Assembly: GCA_902774245.1 (NCBI GenBank) | Contig: CACYHQ010000001.1 | Coordinates: 164,654-228,653 of the forward strand | Length of the DNA stretch: 64,000 bases | Direction: 5' to 3' | Origin: an uncultured bacterium | GTDB taxonomy: Bacteria > Verrucomicrobiota > Lentisphaeria > Victivallales > UBA1829 | In this document: piece after piece, positions 9,415 to 19,532 of the stretch | Layout: each line of letters begins with the position of its first letter | How positions within the stretch are numbered: position 1 is the stretch's first letter | The notes under the pieces: model-generated | Database searches by the model: none | What the model saw: only the letters and a program-made list of their open reading frames with translations | What the model was told of the DNA's origin: nothing | Made by a program: the position numbers and the translations under genes

Positions 9415-10455
9415 TCATAAGCCGCCGCCGGAAGATTCGGTTTCCGGCGAGGATTGGGGTTCGGCGTTTAAGGTGTCCTCGGATGGAGCGGAGACGGCCT
9501 CCGTGCGGGCGGGGGCTGCCATATACGTACATTCCGGGAGTCTCTTCAACCTAGTGCGGACGCGCCGCAATTCGGACTCCTTCACGAAAAGGAGCACGAT
9601 CAGGACCGCCGCGAGTACGATGAGGCCGATCAGGATTCGTTTCTGGATGCGCACGGTGCGCGTCAGCCGGTTGTTCGTCCGGAGCAGCTTCGCGCTGTAC
9701 GGGATCGAGACGGACGACGTGGTGGCGTCGTCTATTGGCTGTTCTCCAGTCATGGATGCGTCCATTTCACGCTTGAGCTTCTCCATCTCGGAACGCATCT
9801 TGTTCATCGCCTCGGTTTTCCTGTCGATCTCGGCGGCACGGGCATCAAGGAAAGCTTTTTGCGCGGCCATTTCCTTCTCCATGCCGACCTTTTGCGCGTC
9901 CAACTGGTTTTTCTGCTTCAGGTACGAGGCGCGTTCCGCGTCGGTCTTCTCAAGCCCGGTGCGCAGGAATTCTTTTTCGGCGATGATCTCGTCGAGCTTC
10001 CTGTTCAGATATTTTTCGCGGTTGTCGAGTTCGGCGGCGCGGGCGTCGAGCGAAGCCGTACGGCTGGCGATCTCCGCCTGGATCCGGGCGTATTCGTCGT
10101 CCTCGTCGTACACGTCGAGCGGGGACAGCACGTCATCGTCGTCGGGAGCTTCCACGTTCAGTGTCGAACCGGTGGCCGTGCGGGTGCGGTCCGGCTCATC
10201 GTGCAGGGGTTCGGGCGTGGCGATCCTGCTGGCGTCGGTGGCGGCAAGCACGGAGGCGAAATCGCCGAATCCGACGTTCACGGTCTTCGCGATCTTCAGG
10301 TGAGTACCGGTCGCCGTGTCGGTGGGGGACGGTTGCCCGTCGCCGGGCAAAGCGGGAGGTCCTTTCCGCATGACCCAGCCGCAGTTCGGGCAAAGGTATT
10401 CCCCCCCCCCTTCCGGCAGGGAGTCCACGAGAAATCCGCATTGTTCGCATTTCAT
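9415..10455 (-). CDS. hypothetical membrane protein: N-terminal double zinc ribbon, acidic/coiled-coil region, C-terminal transmembrane helix
   Basis: Starts MKCEQCGF...CPNCG. Has a long coiled-coil segment (KLDEIIAEKEFL...) and a transmembrane helix (ILIGLIVLAAVLIVLLFV). A G10 homopolymer covers codons 16-18. Confidence 0.55.
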   Translation of the reverse strand: MKCEQCGFLVDSLPEGGGEYLCPNCGWVMRKGPPALPGDGQPSPTDTATGTHLKIAKTVNVGFGDFASVLAATDASRIATPEPLHDEPDRTRTATGSTLNVEAPDDDDVLSPLDVYDEDDEYARIQAEIASRTASLDARAAELDNREKYLNRKLDEIIAEKEFLRTGLEKTDAERASYLKQKNQLDAQKVGMEKEMAAQKAFLDARAAEIDRKTEAMNKMRSEMEKLKREMDASMTGEQPIDDATTSSVSIPYSAKLLRTNNRLTRTVRIQKRILIGLIVLAAVLIVLLFVKESELRRVRTRLKRLPECTYMAAPARTEAVSAPSEDTLNAEPQSSPETESSGGGL

Positions 10456-10485
10456 GGCAGATACCTCCGCAAACGGGGCCGGACG

Positions 10486-13400
10486 TCAGGCCTTCCGGAC
10501 TTCGACTCCGCAGGGTTTACCGTTCAGGTCGCCGTCGAGCGTTTCGCTGCCGGCGGGGATGAATTCAAGGTTCGTGGCGAGCGTTTCCGCGCAGACGTGT
10601 TCGCGCCCGGTTTCAAGCGCATCGAGCAGGTCCTGACCGGCGGTCACGCGCACGACGATGCGGTCGGAGACCTGCAGGTCCATCTCCTTGCGGAGATTCT
10701 GGATGCGGCTCACGAGCTCGCGGGCGTAGCCCTCGGCGAGGAGTTCGTCGTTCAGCTCAGTGTCGAGCGCGATCGTGAGGGACGCGTCCGCCGCCACGCA
10801 GAATCCGGGGCGTTCGGCGCGGTTGACCACGATGTCGGCGGGACCGAGCAGACAGGTCGTGCCGTCCTCGATCTTCATTTCGTACGGCGTGCCCGCCATG
10901 ATGGAGGAGATCACGTGCGAGGAGAGCTTGGCGATCTCGGCGGCGAACGCCTTCATCTTCGGGCCAAGGCGGGAACCGAGGCTCTTGAAGTTCGCCTTCG
11001 CGGAGAGATGCACCAGAGACTCCTCGTCGCCGAAGATTTCGACCTTCTTCACGTTCAGTTCGTCCGCGATCACGCTTTCGCTCAGGGCAAGCAGTTCGCG
11101 CACCTCGGGGTCGATGGAGACCAGCACGGCGCGCGCCAGAGGCTGGCGCACCTTCAGCGAACGCTGCGTACGGAGGAATCGTCCGAGCGAAACGGCTTTC
11201 TGCGCGAGGGCGTTCTGGCGTTCCAGCTTCTCGTCGCGGCGGAAGAGTTCCGGCTCGGGGAAGTCGCAGAGGTGGACGGATTCCGGCATATCTTCGGTAC
11301 GGAGCGAACGGTAGATTTCCTCTGTGATGAACGGGATGAACGGCGCGGCGGCCTTCGCGAAGGTCACCAGCACGTAGTAAAGCGTGGCGTACGCCTCGGC
11401 CTTGTCGCGGTCGTCCTGGCTCTTCCAGAAACGGCGGCGGCTGAGGCGGATGTACCAGTTCGTGAGGTCCTCCACGAACGCCTCGAAGCGGTTCGCGGCG
11501 GGCTGGAGCTGGTACTGGTCCATGTTCACGCGGATCTCCTGCACCATGTCGGCGAGGCTGGAGAGGATCCAGCGGTCGAGCGGGTTCGAGGGATTCTCCG
11601 GCGCGGCGAGCGGACCGGGCGCGGGCTTCCATTTGTCGACGTTCGCGTAGGTCATGAAGAACGAGAAGGAATTCCAGATCGGCAGGATCACGCTGCGCAT
11701 GGCCTCCTTCACGGCGGCCTCGGAGAACTTCAGGTCCTCGGCACGGACGACCTGCGAACCGAGCAGGACCAGACGGAGCGCATCGGCGCCGTAGGTGTTC
11801 ACGATCTGCATCGGGTCGGGGTAGTTGCGGAGGCGCTTGGACATCTTCTGTCCGTCCTCGGCGAGGACCATGCCGTTCACGACCACATGCATCGCGGGCG
11901 GCTTATCGAACAGCGCGCTGGCGAGGACGGTGAGCGTGTAGAACCAGCCGCGGGTCTGGTCCTGGCCCTCGGCGATGAAGTCGGCGGGGAAGCCTTCCTC
12001 GAAATGCTCCTTGTCCTCGAAGGGATAGTGTTTCTGGGCGTAGGGCATGGAGCCGCTCTCGAACCAGCAGTCGAGCACTTCCGGCACGCGGCGGAGCACG
12101 GTGCCCTTCTCGGTCGTGATCGTCATCTCGTCCACGAAGTGCTTGTGGATGTCGGTGACTTTCTTTCCGGTGAGCTTTTCGAGTTCGGCGACGGAGCCGA
12201 CGCAGACGGTCTCGCCCGTCTCGATGTTGCGCCAGATCGGCAGCGGGCAGCCCCAGTAACGGTTGCGGCTGATCGCCCAGTCGCGGGCATTTTCGAGCCA
12301 CTTGCCGAAACGGCCTTCCTTGATGTGGGCGGGGACCCAGGTCATCTGGGAGTTCGCGCGGAGCATTTTTTCCTTGATCGGGTCGATCTTCACGAACCAG
12401 GTGGAGACGGCCTTGTAAATGAGCGGGGAATCGTCGCGCCAGCAGTGGGGATAGCTGTGCTTGATGGTACCGCGATGGACGAGCTTGCCTTCGGATTTGA
12501 GGCGCGCGATGATCTCGGCGTCGACGTCCTTCACGTAGCGTCCGGCGTAGTCCGGGACCTCGTTCGTGAACTTGCATTCAGCGTCGAGCGGGCAGACGCC
12601 GGGCACACCGTTGGCCGCGCCCGCGACGGCGTCGTCTTCGCCGAAGCCAGGGGCGATGTGCACGATGCCCGTGCCGTCCTCGGTGCTCACGTAGTCGGCG
12701 TTGATGATGCGGAACGCGCCCTCGGCTTCCTTGTCCGCGAAATAGTCGAAGAGCGGGATGTAGTGGCGGCCGGCCATTTCCGTGCCTTTGAAGCGCGCGA
12801 GAATCTCCGGCATGGCGTCCGCCTTGTAGTAGGCGTGCAGACGGGATTCGGCGAGGACAAACGTGTCGTCGCCGTCCTTCACCTTCACATAGTCGATGTC
12901 CGGCCCCATGGCGAGCGCCATGTTCGACGGCAGGGTCCACGGGGTGGTCGTCCACGCCAGCACGCTCGTCTCCGGCTCATCCTTCAGGCGGAACCGGATG
13001 GTGACAGCAGGGTCGGTCACTTCCTTGTAGCCCTGGTTGGCTTCGAAGTTGGAGAGCGGGGTGGAGCAGCGGGCGCAGTACGGGAGGATCTTGTAGCCTT
13101 CGTAGATCAGGCCCTTGTCCCACAGCTGGCGGAACACCCACCAGATGGACTCCATGTACTTCATGTCCATCGTGCGGTAGCCGTTGCGGAAGTCGACCCA
13201 GCGCCCCATGCGCTTCACGATGGTCTCCCATTCGCTGGTGTAGCGCAGCACGATGCCGCGGCAGGCTTCGTTGAACTTGCCGATGCCGTAGTCCTCGATC
13301 TCCTTCTTGCCGGAGAGCTTCAGTTGCTTCTCCATCTCGTACTCGACCGGGAGGCCGTGGCAGTCCCAGCCGAACGTGCGTTCGCAGTATTTGCCGCGCA

Positions 13401-13620
13401 TGGTCTGATAGCGCGGGATCACGTCCTTGATCGTGCCGGCGAGGATATGGCCGTAGTGCGGCAGGCCGGTGGCGAACGGAGGTCCGTCGTAAAACAGGAA
13501 TTCAGGATTGCCCTTCCGGTTCTGCAGCGACTTCCGGAAGGTGTCGTTCTGTTCCCAGAATGCAAGATTGGCTTCTTCGATGGAGGGGAACTCGGTGCTC
13601 CCCGAAACTGCTTTGAACAT
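10486..13620 (-). CDS. ileS: isoleucine--tRNA ligase, type 2 (eukaryote-like) form
   Basis: The 1044-aa product has HIGH-like PHYGH and KMSKS (GQKMSKRLRNY) motifs. The N-terminal PFATGLPHYGHILAGTIKDVIPRY motif and the overall architecture match type-2 IleRS. Confidence 0.9.
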   Translation of the reverse strand: MFKAVSGSTEFPSIEEANLAFWEQNDTFRKSLQNRKGNPEFLFYDGPPFATGLPHYGHILAGTIKDVIPRYQTMRGKYCERTFGWDCHGLPVEYEMEKQLKLSGKKEIEDYGIGKFNEACRGIVLRYTSEWETIVKRMGRWVDFRNGYRTMDMKYMESIWWVFRQLWDKGLIYEGYKILPYCARCSTPLSNFEANQGYKEVTDPAVTIRFRLKDEPETSVLAWTTTPWTLPSNMALAMGPDIDYVKVKDGDDTFVLAESRLHAYYKADAMPEILARFKGTEMAGRHYIPLFDYFADKEAEGAFRIINADYVSTEDGTGIVHIAPGFGEDDAVAGAANGVPGVCPLDAECKFTNEVPDYAGRYVKDVDAEIIARLKSEGKLVHRGTIKHSYPHCWRDDSPLIYKAVSTWFVKIDPIKEKMLRANSQMTWVPAHIKEGRFGKWLENARDWAISRNRYWGCPLPIWRNIETGETVCVGSVAELEKLTGKKVTDIHKHFVDEMTITTEKGTVLRRVPEVLDCWFESGSMPYAQKHYPFEDKEHFEEGFPADFIAEGQDQTRGWFYTLTVLASALFDKPPAMHVVVNGMVLAEDGQKMSKRLRNYPDPMQIVNTYGADALRLVLLGSQVVRAEDLKFSEAAVKEAMRSVILPIWNSFSFFMTYANVDKWKPAPGPLAAPENPSNPLDRWILSSLADMVQEIRVNMDQYQLQPAANRFEAFVEDLTNWYIRLSRRRFWKSQDDRDKAEAYATLYYVLVTFAKAAAPFIPFITEEIYRSLRTEDMPESVHLCDFPEPELFRRDEKLERQNALAQKAVSLGRFLRTQRSLKVRQPLARAVLVSIDPEVRELLALSESVIADELNVKKVEIFGDEESLVHLSAKANFKSLGSRLGPKMKAFAAEIAKLSSHVISSIMAGTPYEMKIEDGTTCLLGPADIVVNRAERPGFCVAADASLTIALDTELNDELLAEGYARELVSRIQNLRKEMDLQVSDRIVVRVTAGQDLLDALETGREHVCAETLATNLEFIPAGSETLDGDLNGKPCGVEVRKA

Positions 13621-13676
13621 GATTCAAAACCTCGTGTATGGGAAAGTGAATGATTGGATCAGGGGGAAATGAGGGA

Positions 13677-14252
13677 TCAGAGGCGTTCGATGCGGGCCAT
13701 CTTCGCGTACGGCATGCGGAGCACGCGCGGGGTCTCGCCCTCGCTGGATTCCAGCTCGAACACGGCCAGCGTGTCCTGCACCTCGAGGATCTTCGCGATC
13801 ATGAGCTCGGTACCGTCGGCGAGCGCCAGACGGAACTGCGCCTTGATGCTGGATGCGTCGGAGGAGCCTTTGAGCTTCGCGAAATTGTCCTTGTTCGGCG
13901 TGGAGTCGATGCGGCGGCGTTCGGCCTCGATCTGGTCGCGTTCCGCCGCGATGCGTTTTGCCTCGCGTTTCGCCGCGGCAATGGCCTGCGCGCAGATGAT
14001 GAGCTTGCGGACGAGGAGGATCAGCGGATAGACGACCGGCAGGACCAGGCCGATCCAGAAATGCTTCTTGCCATTCATCCCGGTCGAGTTGGCGAATTCG
14101 TAGGAGGCGAAACCGGACAGCAGCCAAACGAGGATGATGATGGCACATTTAATCCCCCAGCCGCTCTGGGCATTCGCGATGTCGATGAAACTGCCCGAAC
14201 CGGAGGCAAACTGCGAAAACAGCTCTTTGACGAATTCAAGAATTCCGCTCAT
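13677..14252 (-). CDS. hypothetical membrane protein
   Basis: 191 aa with 2-3 hydrophobic helices followed by a charged coiled-coil tail. Sits immediately upstream of ileS on the same strand and probably shares its operon. Confidence 0.5.
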   Translation of the reverse strand: MSGILEFVKELFSQFASGSGSFIDIANAQSGWGIKCAIIILVWLLSGFASYEFANSTGMNGKKHFWIGLVLPVVYPLILLVRKLIICAQAIAAAKREAKRIAAERDQIEAERRRIDSTPNKDNFAKLKGSSDASSIKAQFRLALADGTELMIAKILEVQDTLAVFELESSEGETPRVLRMPYAKMARIERL

Positions 14253-14309
14253 ATTTTGTTCCCTTGGATTTAAGAATAGTGAAACCGGTATATTTTAATG
14301 CAAGATATT

Positions 14310-14337
14310 AATATAGCACCGTTCTGCAATTCTTCAA
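14310..14337 (-). promoter_or_regulatory. Candidate sigma70 promoter (TTGAAG-16 bp-TATATT) for the membrane-protein/ileS transcription unit
   Basis: Read on the minus strand the sequence is atTTGAAGaattgcagaacggtgcTATATTaat. It lies about 55 nt upstream of the ATG at 14252. Confidence 0.35.
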
Positions 14338-14665
14338 TATTAAAAGGCGCGGAAACCGTTTTTTTTCACTGCCGTTCGTGACCTTTTCCGGAAAAACCGC
14401 GCCTTGTGTCTCGCCCAAACCCGGCCGCAGATGTTCGCACCCCGTGCTCGCGCCGATTCCGCCCCGACTCTTTTTTCCCACGACCTCGCGCCTCGCGGTC
14501 ATAGCGATTCTGCCCAGCTCATTTTCCCCGCGTCCTCGCGGCCCGCGGTCAAGCAATCCGTCGAGCGCAGCGAGTTTTCCGAGGAGCGAAGCGACCCCCA
14601 GCGAAGCGGGGACGCAAAGCGTCCTTCTCTTCGCCCAGCTCAAGGGGGGAACAGCAGCCTACCGG

Positions 14666-15601
14666 TCAGTAGGACTCCGGGACGAGCGCGACGCGGAAAC
14701 CGAGGATGAAGTCCCGGCAGTAGTCGGGATCGTCGCAACTCCGGTACGCGGGTCGGCAGAACCTGGCATCGAGGGTCCAGCAGCCGCCCCGTAACGCGCG
14801 ATCCGAGCCACTTCGGTCGTTGCCACGCGTGAACTCCGCCGTCAACTTGCTGCTGTCGTCGTTCCAGTCGTCCAAACACCATTCATACACGTTCCCGCTC
14901 ATGTCGTACAACCCAAGCTCGTTCGCTTTCTTCCGACCAACAGGATGCGTCTTGCAATGGTTGCTGTCCAGTTTGTCATAGTCCCATGACGAATCGTCCA
15001 GACGGAAGTCCCCGGAATTCTCGTAGTACCACGCCACATCATCGGCTTTGTCGCTTCCGCTGTATTTGCAGCCGCGACTTTTGTTTCCGCCCCGGGCAGC
15101 ATACTCCCACTGCGTTTCCGTCGGCAGCGTGAACTTCCATCCCCTCGGGGCTTTTCCCGAGTCGTTCAGCTTCTCGCAGAACTCCATCGCGTCGTTCCAC
15201 GACACCTTTTCCACAGGCAGATCGTCCCCCTTGAAATACGACGGATCTGTTCCCATCACCGCCTTCCACTGCGCCTGCGTCACCTCCGTCCGCCCGATGT
15301 AGAAATCCCGCGTCAGCGTCACCCGGTGCGACACCTCGTCGGAGCCGTTCTCCCCGTCCCGCGCGCTCATCTCGAACGATCCCGCTTCGACCTTCACCAT
15401 CTCCATGCTCACCCCGTCGGGCAGACTGATCGTCCTGTCCCCGCCGGAGAACCCGACGCCTTTCGCTTCCGTTTTCTTCGTGTCTTTCTCGTCCGCGCCG
15501 TCTATTACGCCACAAGCCGTGAACACGAACGCGGTCAGGAGGATCGCGAGAGAAAACAAGAACAACTTGCGGAACATGTGGACGGACGTCATGGGGATCA
15601 T
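14666..15601 (-). CDS. formylglycine-generating enzyme (FGE/SUMF1) family lipoprotein
   Basis: Has a signal peptide with a lipobox-like ...FTACG. Carries FGE-sulfatase domain motifs: RVTLTRDFYIGRTEVTQAQW, WEYAARGG, GNVYEWC, RGGCW. Confidence 0.75.
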   Translation of the reverse strand: MIPMTSVHMFRKLFLFSLAILLTAFVFTACGVIDGADEKDTKKTEAKGVGFSGGDRTISLPDGVSMEMVKVEAGSFEMSARDGENGSDEVSHRVTLTRDFYIGRTEVTQAQWKAVMGTDPSYFKGDDLPVEKVSWNDAMEFCEKLNDSGKAPRGWKFTLPTETQWEYAARGGNKSRGCKYSGSDKADDVAWYYENSGDFRLDDSSWDYDKLDSNHCKTHPVGRKKANELGLYDMSGNVYEWCLDDWNDDSSKLTAEFTRGNDRSGSDRALRGGCWTLDARFCRPAYRSCDDPDYCRDFILGFRVALVPESY

Positions 15602-15775
15602 TCCTTTTCAACGGTTTTGAGAGACACGGGATTGCTGTTGTTTCCCATCGGTCTGATATTGAAGTTTTTCTGCACTTTATTTAACATATTCCCGGGAAAG
15701 ACAAATGCAAACAAATCTCTCAAAAAAACGGGAAAAAAAGCCGATGGGTCCGCAGCCATCTCTCCTGCCCTGCCA

Positions 15776-15822
15776 GGGGAAACTCAAAAGGCCCGTCCGA
15801 ACCGGAAAAGTTCGGACGGGCC
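15776..15822 (-). terminator. Rho-independent terminator downstream of the PFOR gene
   Basis: A perfect 13-bp stem (ggcccgtccgaac / gttcggacgggcc) with a 7-nt loop. On the minus strand it is followed by CUUUUGAGUUU. Confidence 0.5.
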
Positions 15823-15864
15823 GGATGTCGCGTAAAACGCGGGTTCCTGTTCAGGAACGGAGGC

Positions 15865-18800
15865 TTACTTCATGAGCTTGCCGACGTTCTGATAGAATTC
15901 CATGCGCTTGGCGGCGTCGCTTTCGGCCTGGGCGAAGAGCTCCTCGGCGTGGGCCGGGTTGGTCTTCAGCAGGGCTTTGTAGCGGCCTTCGCTGCGGATG
16001 AATTCCTGGAACTTGCCGTCGGACGGCTTCTTGACATCCCACGTGAACGGAACTTCGTTCGCGGGGTTGTAGCGGTACAGCGGGAAGTAACCGCAATCCA
16101 CGGCGCGCTTCTGCTCGGTCTGCGTCTTGCTCATGTCGATGTTGTGAGCGATGCAGGGAGCGTAGGCGAAGATAATGGACGGGCCGTTCCACGCCTCGGC
16201 CTCCTGGAAGGCCTTGAGGGTCTGGGCGCGGTCCGCGCCGAGGGCGACGGAGGCGACGTACACGTAGCCGTAGCTCATGCACATGAAGCCCATGTTCTTC
16301 TTGTAGGTCTTCTTGCCGCCGGCGGCGAACTTGGCGACCGCCGCGGTCGGGGTGGACTTGGAGGACTGTCCGCCGGTGTTGGAGTAGACTTCGGTGTCGA
16401 GGACGAGGATGTTCACGTTCTTGCCCATGGCGACGACGTGGTCGATGCCGCCGTAACCGATGTCGTTGGCCCAGCCGTCACCGCCGATGATCCAGACGGA
16501 CTTGTCGCAGAAGTAGTCGGAGAGCTCGAGGATCTTGGAGAGCGTGGGCTTGCCGGAATCGCAGTTGCAGCCGGCAAGGGCTTTTTCGACGGCGGCCTTC
16601 GCGGCCTTCTGGGCGGCGATGGCTTCGTCAGTCTTGGAGTTGTCCCAGAAGCTCATTGCCTTGTTCAGGGCATCCTTCAGGTCGGCCGGAGCAGACTCGC
16701 AGGCGAGGACCTTTTCGACTTCCTGCTTCAGGAGGACGCGGTTGGAATCCACGGCCATGCGCATGCCGAAACCGAATTCGGCGTTGTCTTCGAACAGGGA
16801 GTTCGCCCATGCCGGACCGCGGCCGTCTTTGGTCTTGGTGTACGGGATGGTCGGGAAGGTGCCGGAGTAGATGGAGGAGCAGCCGGTGGCGTTCGCGACG
16901 ATGGCGTTTTCGCCGAAGAGCTGGCTGACGAGCTTGACGTACGGGGTCTCGCCGCAGCCCGCGCAGGCGCCGGAGAACTCAAAGAGCGGCTTGCGGAGCA
17001 TGGCGCCCTTGACGGTGGCGACGGTGTTCTTGCCCATGATGTTGTCTTCGGCGGCTTCAAAGAAGGCTTCGTTGGCGTTTTCGCCGGCGGCGCGTTCTTC
17101 TTCGAGGGTGGACCAGACGAGAGCCTGCTTGCCTTCCTTGGCCGTCATCGGGCACTGGTCGAGGCAGACGCCGCAAGCCATGCAGTCTTCGATGAAGACC
17201 TGGACTTTGAACTTGAGGCCGTCGACGGCCGGGACCGGAGCCTTGGTGGTGAAGGAGGCCGGAGCGGAAGCGAGAGCTTCGTCACGGAAGAGCTTCGTGC
17301 GGATGGCGGCGTGCGGGCAGGCGTTCGCGCAGATGCCGCACTGGATGCAGTTCGCGGCGACCCAGCGCGGGACCTTCGGAGCGAAACCGCGCTTTTCGAG
17401 GCAGGCGGTGCCGGTCGGGAGCGTGCCGTCGATGGACATGGCGGAAACGGGGATGGAATCGCCGTTGTTGCGCATGCTGGGCTCGATGATCTTCTTGGTG
17501 AATTCGTCCGCATCGTCCGGGATGAGTTTGAGGTGTTCGGCGTGCGGGACGCCGTCGAGGGAGGCCGGAACCTTGATCTCGTGGCATGCGTCGGCGGCAA
17601 GATCAACGAGGGAGTTGTTCATGTCGATGACGTTCTGGCCCTTCTTGGCGAAGGTCTTGGCGTTGAGGAGCTTCATTTCGGCGGCGGCCTTGTCGAACGG
17701 GACGATGCCGGAGACCTTGAAGTAGGCGACCATCATGACCGTGTTCGCGCCCTTGCCGCGGAGACCGGGCATGTTCTTGATGATGGCTTCGGCGTTCACG
17801 TTGTAGAACTTGATCTCGTTCTTGATGATGTATTCCTGCATGTCGCGGGTCAGGTGCGAGAAGACTTCGTCGTCGGCATAGTGGCTGTTCAGCAGGAAGG
17901 TGCCGCCCTTCTTGAGGCCCTTCAGCAGGTCGTAGCGGCCGATGTAGGCGGCCGTGGAGCAGGACACGAGGTCCGGGCTGGTGATCAGGTAGGTGGACTT
18001 GATCGGGCTGTCGGAGAAGCGGAGGTGGGAGCAGGTCAGGCCGAAGGACTTCTTGGAGTCGTAGGCGAAGTAGGCCTGGGCGTCCTTGTCCGTGAGGTGG
18101 CCGATGACCTTGATGGTGGTCTTGTTCGCGCCGACGGTGCCGTCGCCGCCGAGGCCGTAGAACATGCAGGCGGTGGTGCCTTCCGGCTCGGTCGTGATGT
18201 GCTCGTCGATCGGGAGGGAGGTGTTCGTCACGTCGTCATCGATGCCGACGGTGAAGCCGTGGAAGCCGCCCTTTTCGAGGTGCTTGAAGACGGCGAGGAT
18301 CATGGAGGGCGTGAAGTCCTTGGAGGAAAGGCCGTAGCGGCCGCCGATCACGGTGATGGCCGGGTTGTTGACGGCGATCTTGACGTCCATGTAGAGCGGT
18401 TCGCCGATGGCGCCCGGCTCTTTGGTGCGGTCGAGGACGGCGATGCGCTTGACGCTCTTCGGGAGAGCGGCGAGGAAGGCTTCCGTGAAGAAGGGACGAT
18501 AGAGACGGACCTTGACGAGGCCGTACTTGGTGCCGCGCTTGGCGTTGAGGTAGTTGATTGTCTCTTCGATGGCTTCGCAGCTGGAGCCCATGGAGACGAT
18601 CACGTCGGTGGCGTCGGCGGCGCCGACGTAGTCGAACAGGTGATAGGAACGGCCGGTGACCTTCGCGACGGCGTCCATCTTTTCCTGGACGATGGCCGGG
18701 CAGGCTTCATAGAACTTGTTGACCGTTTCGCGGCCCTGGAAGTAAACGTCGCCGTTCTGGGCGCCGACTTTGCAGACGGGCTTCTCGGGACGGAGGGCGC

Positions 18801-19416
18801 GGGCGCGGAACTCTTCGATGTACTGGGGCTCGACGAGCTTGGCGATATCCTCATAGGGGATCTCTTCGAACTTGTGCACTTCGTGGGAGGTGCGGAACCC
18901 GTCGAAGAACTGGAGGAACGGAACTTTCGCCTTGTAGGTGGAGAGGTGGGCGACGAGTGCGAGGTCCATTTCTTCCTGGACGCTGGCGGCCGCGAGCATG
19001 GCGAAACCGGTGTTGCGGCAGGCCATCACGTCGGAGTGGTCGCCGAAAATCGCGAGGGACTGGCAGGCGAGCGAACGGGCCGTGACATGGAAGACGGTCG
19101 GGAGGAGTTCACCGGCGATCTTGTACATGTTCGGGATCATCAGGAGGAGGCCCTGGGAAGCCGTGTAGGTGGTCGTGAGGGACCCGGCGGCAAGACAGCC
19201 GTGAACGGCGCCGGCGGCGCCCGCTTCGGACTGCATCTCGACGACCGAGACCTGCTTGCCCCAGATGTTTCTCTTGTCTTCGGCGGCCCACTGGTCGACC
19301 CATTCGCCCATGGTGGACGAAGGAGTGATCGGGTAGATCGCGGCGGTTTCGCTCAACGCATAAGCAACGTACGCGGCCACGTAGTTGCCGTCCTGAGTGT
19401 TGATTTTGCCCGGCAT
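15865..19416 (-). CDS. pyruvate:ferredoxin (flavodoxin) oxidoreductase, single-polypeptide PFOR (NifJ/YdbK type)
   Basis: 1183 aa from MPGKINTQDGNYVAAYVAY. Has tandem 4Fe-4S ferredoxin motifs (CIQCGICANACP, CMACGVCLDQCP) and a TPP-binding GDG region. Shine-Dalgarno AAGGA lies upstream of the Met at 19416; the track ORF extends 35 codons further. Confidence 0.9.
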   Translation of the reverse strand: MPGKINTQDGNYVAAYVAYALSETAAIYPITPSSTMGEWVDQWAAEDKRNIWGKQVSVVEMQSEAGAAGAVHGCLAAGSLTTTYTASQGLLLMIPNMYKIAGELLPTVFHVTARSLACQSLAIFGDHSDVMACRNTGFAMLAAASVQEEMDLALVAHLSTYKAKVPFLQFFDGFRTSHEVHKFEEIPYEDIAKLVEPQYIEEFRARALRPEKPVCKVGAQNGDVYFQGRETVNKFYEACPAIVQEKMDAVAKVTGRSYHLFDYVGAADATDVIVSMGSSCEAIEETINYLNAKRGTKYGLVKVRLYRPFFTEAFLAALPKSVKRIAVLDRTKEPGAIGEPLYMDVKIAVNNPAITVIGGRYGLSSKDFTPSMILAVFKHLEKGGFHGFTVGIDDDVTNTSLPIDEHITTEPEGTTACMFYGLGGDGTVGANKTTIKVIGHLTDKDAQAYFAYDSKKSFGLTCSHLRFSDSPIKSTYLITSPDLVSCSTAAYIGRYDLLKGLKKGGTFLLNSHYADDEVFSHLTRDMQEYIIKNEIKFYNVNAEAIIKNMPGLRGKGANTVMMVAYFKVSGIVPFDKAAAEMKLLNAKTFAKKGQNVIDMNNSLVDLAADACHEIKVPASLDGVPHAEHLKLIPDDADEFTKKIIEPSMRNNGDSIPVSAMSIDGTLPTGTACLEKRGFAPKVPRWVAANCIQCGICANACPHAAIRTKLFRDEALASAPASFTTKAPVPAVDGLKFKVQVFIEDCMACGVCLDQCPMTAKEGKQALVWSTLEEERAAGENANEAFFEAAEDNIMGKNTVATVKGAMLRKPLFEFSGACAGCGETPYVKLVSQLFGENAIVANATGCSSIYSGTFPTIPYTKTKDGRGPAWANSLFEDNAEFGFGMRMAVDSNRVLLKQEVEKVLACESAPADLKDALNKAMSFWDNSKTDEAIAAQKAAKAAVEKALAGCNCDSGKPTLSKILELSDYFCDKSVWIIGGDGWANDIGYGGIDHVVAMGKNVNILVLDTEVYSNTGGQSSKSTPTAAVAKFAAGGKKTYKKNMGFMCMSYGYVYVASVALGADRAQTLKAFQEAEAWNGPSIIFAYAPCIAHNIDMSKTQTEQKRAVDCGYFPLYRYNPANEVPFTWDVKKPSDGKFQEFIRSEGRYKALLKTNPAHAEELFAQAESDAAKRMEFYQNVGKLMK

Positions 19417-19492
19417 TTGAGTTTTTTCCTTTGCTGGTTGGGTTAAGTGTAGCTTGGAAGCTATGTATGTTTTGGGAGAATAGTATTCTTTT

Positions 19493-19521
19493 AATATACT
19501 ACAGGAAGCACCGGTTGTCAA
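19493..19521 (-). promoter_or_regulatory. Candidate sigma70 promoter for PFOR (TTGACA-17 bp-TATATT)
   Basis: Read on the minus strand the sequence is cTTGACAaccggtgcttcctgtagTATATTaaaag. The transcription start site would lie about 70 nt upstream of the ATG at 19416. Confidence 0.45.
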
Positions 19522-19532
19522 GCTTTTATTTG

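Noticed and set aside
9859-13653. 1264-aa plus-strand ORF, and similar giant ORFs at 15949..19446, 20745..22949, 24177..26021, 30782..32986(-) and 32983..34698(-)
   Set aside because: Each is exactly antisense to a well-supported gene (ileS, PFOR, mrdA, tkt, the SPFH gene, the DEAD-box helicase). Their translations are Arg/Gly/Ala/Val-rich with no motifs. They are typical stop-codon-poor antisense frames of high-GC DNA.
14341-14665. Hairpin-rich 300-bp intergenic region, considered as a small RNA or riboswitch
   Set aside because: No recognisable riboswitch or sRNA consensus. The structures read as a terminator-like hairpin (14346-14403) plus the promoter of the downstream operon. Left as unassigned.
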